Shown here piece after piece: positions 28,250 to 38,101 of a stretch of DNA of 64,000 bases. The notes below the pieces were generated by a model. That model saw nothing but the letters and a program-made list of their open reading frames with translations. It did no database searches and was not told the origin of the DNA. Position 1 is the first letter of the stretch. The number at the start of each line of letters is the position of its first letter. The DNA is taken from positions 124,001-188,000 of IMG/VR virus record IMGVR_UViG_3300032240_001991; one strand, given 5' to 3'. A program made the translations under genes and the position numbers.

Positions 28250-28715
28250 AATCGATTCCTATATAATTCATTAGATAAATCGCAGCATCTAAATATGCAC
28301 CTTCTCCGCCTTTACTAGGTGTAACATAATTAGCACTCTTTATTGCTTCAATTCTTGCCTGGTTGGGAGCAATTCCTATAGCCGACTCACGAATAATCTT
28401 TGCATCGTAAACCCCGTCACCCATATAGGCAACCTGATCAAACCCAAAATTCTTTACGAAATCATATCGTTCAGCTTCCTTAACACAATGTAATTCACAC
28501 TTCATATGATCAACAATACGAGATGTTAAAATGTCCCAACCGTGTTTATCTGCACTTATAAAGATTAACTTAACGTGATCTCTTAGCAATTTAACACCGT
28601 CATGGTCGTGTGAACCAAACGCCTTGAAAGGTTTTTGTCCACTAGCATCCCAGTATATACGGCCGTCGTTTAAACACCCATCTACATCGCTAATAAAATA
28701 TTTTACCTGTTTCAT
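28239..28715 (-). CDS. KdsC-like HAD phosphatase
   Basis: SDVDGCLNDG, AYMGDGVYD, GGEGA. Confidence 0.8.
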   Translation of the reverse strand: MKQVKYFISDVDGCLNDGRIYWDASGQKPFKAFGSHDHDGVKLLRDHVKLIFISADKHGWDILTSRIVDHMKCELHCVKEAERYDFVKNFGFDQVAYMGDGVYDAKIIRESAIGIAPNQARIEAIKSANYVTPSKGGEGAYLDAAIYLMNYIGIDYEF

Positions 28716-29698
28716 AGATTGTCTAAGAAAACTTCTTTAAATTTTTTCATTACAACTTCTGGATTATGCTTATCGCTATAACAATCCCAGTTTTGACTAT
28801 CTACAAATTTATGATCCATACCCATTAAAATGTTAAAAAGTTGCTGGGGATCAGCATAGCCAATTAATTTGTTACCAAGTATCTCAATATGGCATCGATC
28901 TTCTACTGTAGTGCATGCTACAATAGGTCTGTTCAACATACTAAATTCGCCGCAACTAAGTCCAAATGTTTCGCCGTGATGTCTAGCATGTAACATTGCA
29001 TTACAAGTTTTAATAAACTGACTTTTACGTTCCATGTCTCCAGTACCAGGGAGAAATATTAATCTAGGATGATTAAAGTTAAGAGAAGTCCAACTCTGAT
29101 CTACATTCATTAGAACTATCCAAAGATTAGGACGCTGTTCTAGAGCTTGTTTAATAGGATTGCCTACCCACGGTATTCCAAAACAATCTTCTCCTCCGTG
29201 GTATCCAAATACAAATGCATCGGCAGGAATGTTTAGCTCTGCCCGTAAATCTGTATCTGTATCTTGAATATTAATCATCCAAGGGACACTATCTTTTTCT
29301 AAACCATATCTTTGTTTACAGAGGTTACTTAGCCAATCAGAAATAAAAGCAAATCTATCCCCATGGTAATGGGTAGTATCATTAATAAACAACATATGAA
29401 CAAGGTTAGGTACAATACGACTTTTAAACTCGCTGTAACACCCTTTCATTAGGTAAAAGGCGTCGACACTTTGTTCTTTAATAATAGTATCTGCTTGATC
29501 GATATTTCCGTGATCGTGTTCAAATACTTCAAATCTCTTACGAAACTTTTCAATTACACCTTCGTCATTCATTGGGTGCCTTGGTATTAATATAATACTT
29601 TTGTTACCAAGAATAGTTTCGTTGTAATGGGCAAAATCGTATAGAGCAACAGTGCTACCCCTGCGTGTCATAAAATTATCTGCAAATGCTATCTTCAT
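28712..29698 (-). CDS. GT-B glycosyltransferase-like protein
   Basis: RGSTVALYD, HARHHGETFGLSCGE. Confidence 0.7.
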   Translation of the reverse strand: MKIAFADNFMTRRGSTVALYDFAHYNETILGNKSIILIPRHPMNDEGVIEKFRKRFEVFEHDHGNIDQADTIIKEQSVDAFYLMKGCYSEFKSRIVPNLVHMLFINDTTHYHGDRFAFISDWLSNLCKQRYGLEKDSVPWMINIQDTDTDLRAELNIPADAFVFGYHGGEDCFGIPWVGNPIKQALEQRPNLWIVLMNVDQSWTSLNFNHPRLIFLPGTGDMERKSQFIKTCNAMLHARHHGETFGLSCGEFSMLNRPIVACTTVEDRCHIEILGNKLIGYADPQQLFNILMGMDHKFVDSQNWDCYSDKHNPEVVMKKFKEVFLDNL

Positions 29699-29700
29699 GT

Positions 29701-30837
29701 TTACTCCAAGAACTGTGTGGTAGGATTGATATTCTTTAATATGTCATTCTTAATTTCATTATTAAAAACACCACACCGTAAAATAACAATTGGGGATTCG
29801 TCATTAGATAGAATCTTAGGATCAGCTACAACTAGATCTGTTCCATACAATCTCTTACCTTGTTTACTCTTATTATTATCTAAAAGACACTCAATGCGAG
29901 ATCTATTCAATCCAAAAGATAAAAGGAACTGACTAAAAATATGAGCTCCAAACAAATATACTTTTTTTTCAGATTTATCTATCTGCTTATTAATCTCTTC
30001 AATTAAATCTAAGTGATGCCTGATGTAGGAGTCAAATAGGTCTTTTATTTCGCTATAAACATTTTTAAATTCTTGTAATTCTATGCCTCGACTAACTCTT
30101 TTAAACGCATAGAAAATACTATGTCCTTTGTCATAGCATTCTTTTTCTACAAGATCAAACCCGCAGCTAGTCATGCACCATTCAACAAATTCTGGCGTGC
30201 ATAGATAAGTATGTTCAAAATGTAAAATATGAGTAAACTTATTATATAGATGATCCTTTGCATCAGGAACTGAAAAACATACCATTGCATCATTAGGAAG
30301 TTCGTGCAATTTTTTAGCAAATTCGAGAGGATCGTAAATGTGTTCGTAAACATGACTATGTACAACAGAATCAATGCCTACAGGATAAACTGTAGAACTA
30401 TCAAAATAGCCTTGCTGTACCTTGGCTTGCAAATCTGGAATAGGAGTAGGATTTGGTTCTAAAATTGTCCAATTTACCTCTGGTACAATCTCGTTGTATA
30501 GTTTACTCAATATACCTGTAGCACCGCCAATTTCAAACACATTTTTTAGATTAAACTTTGAAAGAAATGCAGCAAACGATCTATGATGATTTAGCCAGCT
30601 TCCGCCAGTGGTTCCAGCAGAATGATCTGACTGATAAACAATGTCTAGAGGTAAAACTGGATTCACTTGCAACATTCCGCTACTTTTACTAATGTAAATG
30701 TTTAGATCGCTAACTAGGTCTAAAGAAGTATCTTGATCCGTACATCCCATAAAGACTGGAAAATTCTTAAATGAATATAGTAATTCTAGATCGTTATTAC
30801 CTAATACAATATCTTTATTTCTTTGAATAATGTTCAT
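29701..30837 (-). CDS. SAM methyltransferase resembling sugar C-methyltransferases
   Basis: FEIGGATG, SHVYEH, FEH, C-terminal FGA...DNNKSKQGK. Confidence 0.75.
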   Translation of the reverse strand: MNIIQRNKDIVLGNNDLELLYSFKNFPVFMGCTDQDTSLDLVSDLNIYISKSSGMLQVNPVLPLDIVYQSDHSAGTTGGSWLNHHRSFAAFLSKFNLKNVFEIGGATGILSKLYNEIVPEVNWTILEPNPTPIPDLQAKVQQGYFDSSTVYPVGIDSVVHSHVYEHIYDPLEFAKKLHELPNDAMVCFSVPDAKDHLYNKFTHILHFEHTYLCTPEFVEWCMTSCGFDLVEKECYDKGHSIFYAFKRVSRGIELQEFKNVYSEIKDLFDSYIRHHLDLIEEINKQIDKSEKKVYLFGAHIFSQFLLSFGLNRSRIECLLDNNKSKQGKRLYGTDLVVADPKILSNDESPIVILRCGVFNNEIKNDILKNINPTTQFLE

Positions 30838-30838
30838 T

Positions 30839-32419
30839 TTATTTTGTACCTAATTTAAATTGTAACTGTGATAATGCGATTAGAAATTTATCAAATGGAG
30901 CTTCATGTAATGGACTCATATTGAGATAAATTATAGGAACTAATAACTTAACTTTACTCCAACTTAATCCCTGAGCTATTACCCATTCCTTAAGAATTTC
31001 TTCATATAGGTGATAGTTGTCAACATGCGGTATGTTGATTTCAGCACGGTTATCTTTCTCAATATATTCTAAGTCGTTATCTTTAACCTTTCTATAATTT
31101 AAAATTATTCCGCCTAACATCTTAGCCAGATCGTAATAAATGTCACCATAGATTTTACCAGCAAAGTCTGTCCTCCAGTCTATTGCTGTGAATTTCTTTT
31201 GATTAGGGTCAAAGATTGTATTATCAAAATGAAGATCGCCGTGAATGAATCTCCATTCGTTAGTGGTACATAGCCAGTCCCAGTCAATACTGTCTAAGTA
31301 ACTGTTGATACTTTCTACTTCAACTCCGTTAACACTCTTGCACTCGCTCCAATCAGCATACTTTACTCTGAATTGATCAAGACGTTCGTATGTCTTATTT
31401 TTATAAAATTTTCTACATGTATCAATATTATCAAATGGAACGGAAACTGGAGCATTAACCCATAAATTAGATTCGCACCAGCTTAACATTTCTTTAAATA
31501 ATTCCGGAGTTGCTTGATTATATACAATATCACCTAGAGAATAATCATGCACTAGAAAATTACCTACCGCCTTAATATTACTAGGCATGCAAGACGGATT
31601 TGCTTCTGCCCGTTGCACTCGGCTAATAACATTATCTTTATTTGTAAAATACTTAATAATTTTATTATTGTCGTGATAAAATAATTCGTCAGGTTTTACA
31701 AAGCTATTTTCTACAACCTGAGAATTTAAAGTATACCACTTCTCGTAAGTTCCAAAATCTAGCCACTTACGAACAGTATATGCTTTGAGGTCCATCCCGC
31801 TGAACCCTTGGTAATTTTCTTTAGCATCTCTTTCTTCTAAATAATTTAAAAAGCTGTCGTCTTTATTGTACATTAATCCAATAAATGCATCAACGGCTGT
31901 ATCACTAGTTTTTTTATTATGTAGAGAAACGATGTCGTTACCATCTCTTTCTACCCAGTCGTAATCTTTTGCAATTACGCTGTCAACTGGATACACTCCT
32001 ATCCAGTTATGATCCGTATGATTTTGCCAATTGAATTCAAATAATGTATCGCATGCAACTAATACAAACCTACCTTTTATATGTTCAGTACAATATCGTA
32101 CTGTTGTAGCAGGACCCGTATTACTTTCTGAATAGTTTGGAATATCTACAAAAACAATTTGTTTATCATCATGCACAGAACTTACATAGTCTTTAACCTG
32201 CTGCCCCATATGACCGCATGCAATTACAAACTTTGTTGAGTTTTTAGGAAATTTATCTATAATATGACTAATTAGAGGTTTATCTTTATAAGGTATTAAA
32301 GACTTGTTTACCATTCTAGTAAACTGTCCCATTCTTCTACCGTATCCTGCGGCCAAAATCAAAACTGTTAAATTACTTGTGCTCACTGTCAATTCTGCCA
32401 TGTTGTCTATTTTTGTCAT
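30839..32419 (-). CDS. nucleotidyltransferase fused to an aminoglycoside/choline kinase-like domain
   Basis: ILAAGYGRRM; HGDLHFDN, IDWR, YYDLAK; start codon uncertain. Confidence 0.8.
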   Translation of the reverse strand: MTKIDNMAELTVSTSNLTVLILAAGYGRRMGQFTRMVNKSLIPYKDKPLISHIIDKFPKNSTKFVIACGHMGQQVKDYVSSVHDDKQIVFVDIPNYSESNTGPATTVRYCTEHIKGRFVLVACDTLFEFNWQNHTDHNWIGVYPVDSVIAKDYDWVERDGNDIVSLHNKKTSDTAVDAFIGLMYNKDDSFLNYLEERDAKENYQGFSGMDLKAYTVRKWLDFGTYEKWYTLNSQVVENSFVKPDELFYHDNNKIIKYFTNKDNVISRVQRAEANPSCMPSNIKAVGNFLVHDYSLGDIVYNQATPELFKEMLSWCESNLWVNAPVSVPFDNIDTCRKFYKNKTYERLDQFRVKYADWSECKSVNGVEVESINSYLDSIDWDWLCTTNEWRFIHGDLHFDNTIFDPNQKKFTAIDWRTDFAGKIYGDIYYDLAKMLGGIILNYRKVKDNDLEYIEKDNRAEINIPHVDNYHLYEEILKEWVIAQGLSWSKVKLLVPIIYLNMSPLHEAPFDKFLIALSQLQFKLGTK

Positions 32420-32840
32420 CTTGCAATCTTATTACATCGTCTAGATGACATGTGCTTGCTTCTACATATAATAAATCTGTAGTAGCAACCATTCTATGTA
32501 CTGTACCGGGAGGTGTATCAAATATAACACCTGGCGTAAGTTCAATTACTGTAAGATTGTTTATTATATAATCAATTTCTTCAACGGCGTATCCATTTGA
32601 TAGATATTTTTCGCAATCAAAGAAATCTTTATACGTTAATACTACACCTGTACCAGATAATATCATGATACTTTCGCTTTTAAATTGATGCACTTGTAGA
32701 CTAGTTCTATTTCCTTGTTTTAATAACAATTGCTTCAGAACAAAAGGATAAACGTCGTCACCAGGCTGTATCCATTTTTCCCATCCCCAGGGTTTTAATA
32801 CAACTTTTACTTCTTCAGGGGATTTCAACTTCATTGTCAT
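32373..32840 (-). CDS. mannose-6-phosphate isomerase-like cupin
   Basis: KPWG.E, RTSLQVH..KSE, HRM, DDVIRLQD. Confidence 0.8.
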   Translation of the reverse strand: MTMKLKSPEEVKVVLKPWGWEKWIQPGDDVYPFVLKQLLLKQGNRTSLQVHQFKSESIMILSGTGVVLTYKDFFDCEKYLSNGYAVEEIDYIINNLTVIELTPGVIFDTPPGTVHRMVATTDLLYVEASTCHLDDVIRLQDDKNRQHGRIDSEHK

Positions 32841-33597
32841 TAACGTACCTTTCTCTATGTAAGACGTAATTCTTAACCTGTCCCTGTCTTATAGCATCCC
32901 AAAGATGGTTATAACTTTCCATTTGCTCCATGTCTTTAATATGATTAGCATCATCGGGTCTTGGTTTTAGATATTGATATATACAATTTGGGTTCATTTT
33001 AATGTTGCAATTTGGAACTACTCGACGCGACCATTCAGCATCGTCTTCCATGCCCCACAGTATTTTTTCACTTATAGGATATTTCAACATAATATCTTTT
33101 TTTGCTATCCAATAGTTGCCTTGTAAAATCATATGCTTAACAAAACAATCAATATCATAAGGAATCATTAATGCGTATGGCAAACCAGGCCAAGATAGTA
33201 GTCTCCAGCCGTCACCCCTAGCACCGTTAAATAAAAGGCACTGGTGGTTACAAATATCCCAATCAAACCCAAACTTAAGAAGCTCTTCGTACCATCCCGG
33301 TAAAATTTTAATGTAATCGTGCATGGGTATTACTAAGTCATATTTCGCAGCTTGTATACCTAAATTCTTTTTACGAGTAGTCCATTTTCCTGGTTTTCCG
33401 TGTACCATTATGTGTGTCCATAGTGTCTCGTCAAACGGTATATGGCTAGTATTTTTACGGGTTACAGTAGTTGACTCGCCGCCAACTAATATAACTTCAT
33501 ATTCAGGCATATTTTCTGCTTCAATGCTATCAATAACCTGGTTAACCATTTCGTCGTTAGTTCCACCAGTTACAATAATAAAACTTATTCCAGGCAA
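32815..33597 (-). CDS. GT2-like glycosyltransferase
   Basis: YEVILVGG, KKNLG..AAKYD, HDY, WGMEDD. Confidence 0.7.
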   Translation of the reverse strand: MPGISFIIVTGGTNDEMVNQVIDSIEAENMPEYEVILVGGESTTVTRKNTSHIPFDETLWTHIMVHGKPGKWTTRKKNLGIQAAKYDLVIPMHDYIKILPGWYEELLKFGFDWDICNHQCLLFNGARGDGWRLLSWPGLPYALMIPYDIDCFVKHMILQGNYWIAKKDIMLKYPISEKILWGMEDDAEWSRRVVPNCNIKMNPNCIYQYLKPRPDDANHIKDMEQMESYNHLWDAIRQGQVKNYVLHRERYVNDNEVEIP

Positions 33598-34451
33598 GAT
33601 AATAGCTCCTTAGCAGATTTTGTAGCACCTTCTATTATATATTTTTTATATTTTTCTTGATTTTCTAAAATAGTTTTTGGAAAATAGTCATCTAACATTA
33701 CTGGTTCAAATCTATGGTTGGGCCCAATAGATGTTTTATTTTCTGCTATTAATGATTCAACATCAATAGAGTCTGCTTTCCACTCTAACTCACTATGTGC
33801 AAAACTTCTATATTTGTTTGCAACATCTTTAGAATCACCTAAGCTACTAAAATGCCAGCCGGCATGTTGCAGACACTTTTCTTGGTTGTCGCTGTATACT
33901 GTTGGTCGATTGGCCCAACATGTTCCGTATATTTCTCTAATATAAGAAAAGTTAGGAAAAGACACTGCTCTTTCTACGGTCATTCCTTGCGTCTGCACTT
34001 GATAGATTAAAGGAGTAGTCCACATATAATTAAATCGATAATTAAACATGGGCATACGGAATCCCCAAAAATTATGTTCAAAATCGTTTTTTAATTCTTC
34101 AATTGCACTAGGACGTATAAATTCATCTATATCCCCAAGAAGTATTATATCTTGATTATCAACATTTGTTAATCCGTTAACAAGGCAATTTCTCTGATGT
34201 CGTTCGTTGTGCCAGCAATTACCGTCAATAACTCCTGGCATATCTTCTACCTTGACATGTATGATTTTATCAAGCCATGGCTTAAAACGTTCAAGATTAT
34301 CTAAAAAAATAAATTCTTTAGGTCTTCCACTATGGGTAGTATTTGCTTCTGATATAACAAAATAATCTACTAGATTCCAAAGTTCCCTTAATCTAATTTC
34401 TAAAAGATCAAGTTCATTGTAGAAACTAAAACAATCATAAACTTTATTCAT
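33585..34451 (-). CDS. GT17-family (GnT-III-like) glycosyltransferase
   Basis: YDCFSFYNELDLLEIR, E..QR, DIDE, GWHFS. Confidence 0.85.
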   Translation of the reverse strand: MNKVYDCFSFYNELDLLEIRLRELWNLVDYFVISEANTTHSGRPKEFIFLDNLERFKPWLDKIIHVKVEDMPGVIDGNCWHNERHQRNCLVNGLTNVDNQDIILLGDIDEFIRPSAIEELKNDFEHNFWGFRMPMFNYRFNYMWTTPLIYQVQTQGMTVERAVSFPNFSYIREIYGTCWANRPTVYSDNQEKCLQHAGWHFSSLGDSKDVANKYRSFAHSELEWKADSIDVESLIAENKTSIGPNHRFEPVMLDDYFPKTILENQEKYKKYIIEGATKSAKELLSCLE

Positions 34452-34454
34452 GAG

Positions 34455-35396
34455 TTACCATATAAAATTGTTTTTATAATACTTAACGATCTGTTTAAGT
34501 TCTGCGTCAAAATTTGCCTTTGGAGTCCAACCTAATTTCTTTAACTTAGTATCATCAACAGCATATCGAACATCTTGTCCAGGACGCTTTACAGAAAGAT
34601 CTAAATGATGATCTCCTTTTAATCCCATAAATTTCATAATTTTTTGGGCCACTACAATATTTTGATCTTCATAGTTTCCGCTAATGTTATAAATTTCATT
34701 TTTAACACCTGCCTTAATAATAGCAATTATAGCATTAGCGGTGTCGCTGGCATGTAACCAAGTACGACGAGGGGTACCCAAATCATGCAAAGGAGCCGGC
34801 TTATCTAAGCTCAAGCACTTAATTGTATGTGGGATAAACTTTTCAGTATATTGTCCAATTCCGTAGTTATTAGTTGGACGTACAATTACATAAGGAATTT
34901 TATAAGTTCTTGCCCAAGCAGTTACCAGCATATCTGCTGCGGCCTTTGTTGCTGAATAAGGATTACTAGGCTTAAGAAGGTCTTGCTCAGTATGTGCCCC
35001 TTCAGACAAATCACCGTAGACTTCGTCTGTAGAGAAATGTAACAAGGTAGGCATGTAAAACTTGTACTTGTTTTGAATTAATTTTAACAAATGATGTACA
35101 CCGTCGATATTGCTACGAACAAACACATCACTGGACGCAATTGAATTATCAACGTGTGTTTCTGCTGCGGTGTTTATGATGTAATCACATTCGTATAATT
35201 CAACAAGATCGTTAATATCCTTATGTTCAAAGGTAAAAGTTGGATATTGTTTTAAATGATCTAATAAATTCCAGTTGGCCGCATACGTTCCTTTGTCAAT
35301 GCCTCGAACGTACCATCCGTTATCTAAACAGGCTTTAGTTACATGGTATCCCATGAACCCTAAACAGCCAGTAACATAAACAACTTTTTTACTCAT
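34455..35396 (-). CDS. NDP-glucose 4,6-dehydratase (RmlB/RfbB-like)
   Basis: TGCLGFMG, AAETHVDNS, STDEVYG, NPYSATK, RPGQD.RY. Confidence 0.9.
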   Translation of the reverse strand: MSKKVVYVTGCLGFMGYHVTKACLDNGWYVRGIDKGTYAANWNLLDHLKQYPTFTFEHKDINDLVELYECDYIINTAAETHVDNSIASSDVFVRSNIDGVHHLLKLIQNKYKFYMPTLLHFSTDEVYGDLSEGAHTEQDLLKPSNPYSATKAAADMLVTAWARTYKIPYVIVRPTNNYGIGQYTEKFIPHTIKCLSLDKPAPLHDLGTPRRTWLHASDTANAIIAIIKAGVKNEIYNISGNYEDQNIVVAQKIMKFMGLKGDHHLDLSVKRPGQDVRYAVDDTKLKKLGWTPKANFDAELKQIVKYYKNNFIW

Positions 35397-36205
35397 TTAT
35401 AATCCTTAAGACCTTTGTCTAAACCTTCTAAATCTAAATTTAATGTAGCTAAAAGACTTCCATCACCTGTATAATCTAACCCTCTGTTATTACTAATAAA
35501 AATTTGAGTTTTTAGGTTATGGTATCTTTTAAATCTTTCTAGTATATCTACAAGGTCGTGTTTATCTTGATAAACACAATTCATGTCCTTGTATCTGGGT
35601 TGATTATTTATATAGTACTTTAATACCTGAAAGAAATCTCTGCAACTAACATAGTCAAGGTATTTGTTTTCAACTTCTATAGTTTCTTGAAGTTGACATC
35701 TTTTTAGTAATCTAAAATCTGGCTCATCAGGCGTAAAACAACCAAATAATCTGAGATTGTAAAAATTATCTTTTTCTAAAACAAATCTGCTGATGACATT
35801 TTTACTAAACGCATAACTTCTTTCTGGGTACCTGTTTAAAATGTCTGACTCGCGAGCCATGCGAACATGTCTTGATGAATCAAATTCTGCTCCTGACGCA
35901 ACGTTAATAAATTTACCAAACAGATGACTGTTATTATAAAAATTTAAAAAAACTGTAAGGTTATTTCTCACGTCATCGTAAATGATATCATTTACTGTAA
36001 GCTTGCCGCCGGCTGTAGCACAGTTAATTACAACCTCAGGATTTATTGTAGTTAACCATGCCACAACCGCAGCGTTATCTCTAAGATCTAATTCTTTTCG
36101 TATAACTGGATATACATCATACCCTTCTTCTATTAAAGAGTTGGTAATATATTTTCCTAATGTTCCGGTTGACCCTAATACTGCTACTTTTTTCATATTA
36201 TGCAA
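35393..36205 (-). CDS. NAD-dependent epimerase/reductase (SDR)
   Basis: GSTGTLG, SGAEF, YAFSK, RLFG. Confidence 0.8.
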   Translation of the reverse strand: MHNMKKVAVLGSTGTLGKYITNSLIEEGYDVYPVIRKELDLRDNAAVVAWLTTINPEVVINCATAGGKLTVNDIIYDDVRNNLTVFLNFYNNSHLFGKFINVASGAEFDSSRHVRMARESDILNRYPERSYAFSKNVISRFVLEKDNFYNLRLFGCFTPDEPDFRLLKRCQLQETIEVENKYLDYVSCRDFFQVLKYYINNQPRYKDMNCVYQDKHDLVDILERFKRYHNLKTQIFISNNRGLDYTGDGSLLATLNLDLEGLDKGLKDYK

Positions 36206-37232
36206 AGTGTGATTGTTCGCCGCTCTGTCTCTGAGATAGTTCTTGTGCTACTTCAATTATAAGGCTTTCTTGTCCTGCAACTGCTTTTCTTTTACCCAAC
36301 TCAAAGAAAATATCTCTTGGATCAACTCCATAGTCTTTAGCAGCCGCAGAGACTGGTTTTGAAAAACCTGAAAATACTCCGCTTAATCCACTAACTACAG
36401 ATACCGGTGAAATATAAGGTGCAACCGGATTGAATTCTTTTTCTACAAGATCTGCAAGGTCAAGTAACTTGTATAAGTCAATTCCTGTATTCCATCCTAG
36501 TCGTTCAAATACAGCAACCATTACTTCAAGTTGAGTATTTCCTGCACCAGCTCCAAATCCTCTTACTGTTCCGTCAATCATTGTTGCACCCGCACGTACC
36601 GCAGCTATAGAATTAGCTACAGCTAGACCTAAGTTATTATGTCCGTGGAACCCTACACTAATCTTTAAATTGTTAACCAATGCAGAAATACGCTCTGTAA
36701 CATCTTCGGGAATATAGTTTCCCGAAGAATCCATAATGATTACAGTTTCTGCTCCGTAAGATTCCATTTTTTGTGCTTCTTCTATTAACTGAGTTACCGG
36801 AGCCATATGACTCATCATTAACACTCCGTATACAGTTCTATTTGCTTTACGGATATATTCAATGTGACGTTTAGTAATGTCTGCTTCAGTTACATGACTA
36901 GCAACACGGAATACATCAACACCTAAGTCAATCGCTCTGATTAAATCTTGTTTAATAGTACAAAACCCTGGAATTAAATGAATACCTAATTTAGAATTTT
37001 TAAGATTTTCTCGACTCGTAGTTAATATTTCTTCGTCACTGATTGCTGCTTGCCCAACTAACAAGGAAGATGCGCCTAGCCCGTTTCCGTGTCCTACTTC
37101 AACGATAGGAATTCCTGCAGCATCTGCTGCTTGACAATAAACGGCAAAATTTTCTTTAGTTAGCTGATGTCGAACTGCGTGATTACCATCTCTTAATGTT
37201 GGGTCACTGATTAAAATATTTGTCATGCTCAC
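36198..37232 (-). CDS. dmpG: 4-hydroxy-2-oxovalerate aldolase
   Basis: DPTLRDGNH, EVGHGNGLG, GFHGHNNLG, GAGAGN, GQE. Confidence 0.92.
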   Translation of the reverse strand: MSMTNILISDPTLRDGNHAVRHQLTKENFAVYCQAADAAGIPIVEVGHGNGLGASSLLVGQAAISDEEILTTSRENLKNSKLGIHLIPGFCTIKQDLIRAIDLGVDVFRVASHVTEADITKRHIEYIRKANRTVYGVLMMSHMAPVTQLIEEAQKMESYGAETVIIMDSSGNYIPEDVTERISALVNNLKISVGFHGHNNLGLAVANSIAAVRAGATMIDGTVRGFGAGAGNTQLEVMVAVFERLGWNTGIDLYKLLDLADLVEKEFNPVAPYISPVSVVSGLSGVFSGFSKPVSAAAKDYGVDPRDIFFELGKRKAVAGQESLIIEVAQELSQRQSGEQSHFA

Positions 37233-38101
37233 TCCTTATTGGTTTGCAATTTTTCTAGAACTGCAATAGCAGCACAATTGATTATATCTAAGTTTCCTGC
37301 ATATTGAGGAAGATAGTCGCCCGCTCCTAAAACTTTAACAGTTAGCATGACTACTCCTTCTCTAATCACCGGAGGAACTACAATCTGATATCCAGGCACA
37401 TACTTACGTACACTTTCTACCATGTCTTCAACAGAGTTCTTAATTTCTGTTAAATTAGGATTCTTAATCTTAGCGTATATAGTAGTGATCATATCAATAG
37501 GAGGAGTTGCAGGATTTAGAATTAAAATTGCTTTAGCTGCTTTAGCCCCTGAAAAAGATTTAATAGCGGACTGTGTCGTTTCAACATACTCATCGAGATT
37601 TTGACGAGTAGCAGGTCCTGCACTTAAAGATGCAATGTTTGAAGAGACTTCAATATAGTCGATATCTTTATGAACTCTACTAAGAGCAAACGCAATTGGA
37701 ATACTGGTCTGCCCTCCACAAGTTATCATATTAATATTTCGAGCTGTTGTGGAAGACCAGTTGTCATTTGAAATTGCAGGTACGCAAAAATTACCAAGTT
37801 TAGCCGGAGTTAGGTCAATAATTGTTTTACCTAAATCTTTACAAATCTGCCAATGATGCGGGTGAGCTTGAGCTGACGTACAATCAACTACTACGTCGAT
37901 AGATTCCGAGTCACTTATAACCGCACCAATTCCTTTATCAGAAATCTTAACCCCTAGTTCTTTAGCCCTACGCATGCCGTTAGAATCAAGTGTTCTTCCG
38001 GCAAATACCGTACAAGTAAGATATTCAGACCTCATTATCTTAATTAAAAGGTCTGTTCCAATGTTACCTGATCCTATGATCGCGATTCGTAACTTGCTCA
38101 T
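37229..38101 (-). CDS. dmpF: acetaldehyde dehydrogenase (acylating)
   Basis: IGSGNIGTDL, DLTPA, NMITCGGQ, SAGPATR, YAGNLDI. Confidence 0.93.
   Translation of the reverse strand: MSKLRIAIIGSGNIGTDLLIKIMRSEYLTCTVFAGRTLDSNGMRRAKELGVKISDKGIGAVISDSESIDVVVDCTSAQAHPHHWQICKDLGKTIIDLTPAKLGNFCVPAISNDNWSSTTARNINMITCGGQTSIPIAFALSRVHKDIDYIEVSSNIASLSAGPATRQNLDEYVETTQSAIKSFSGAKAAKAILILNPATPPIDMITTIYAKIKNPNLTEIKNSVEDMVESVRKYVPGYQIVVPPVIREGVVMLTVKVLGAGDYLPQYAGNLDIINCAAIAVLEKLQTNKE

Noticed and set aside
36198-38101. dmpF/dmpG as evidence of aromatic meta-cleavage catabolism
   Set aside because: No dioxygenase, hydrolase or hydratase genes nearby; they sit inside a nucleotide-sugar operon
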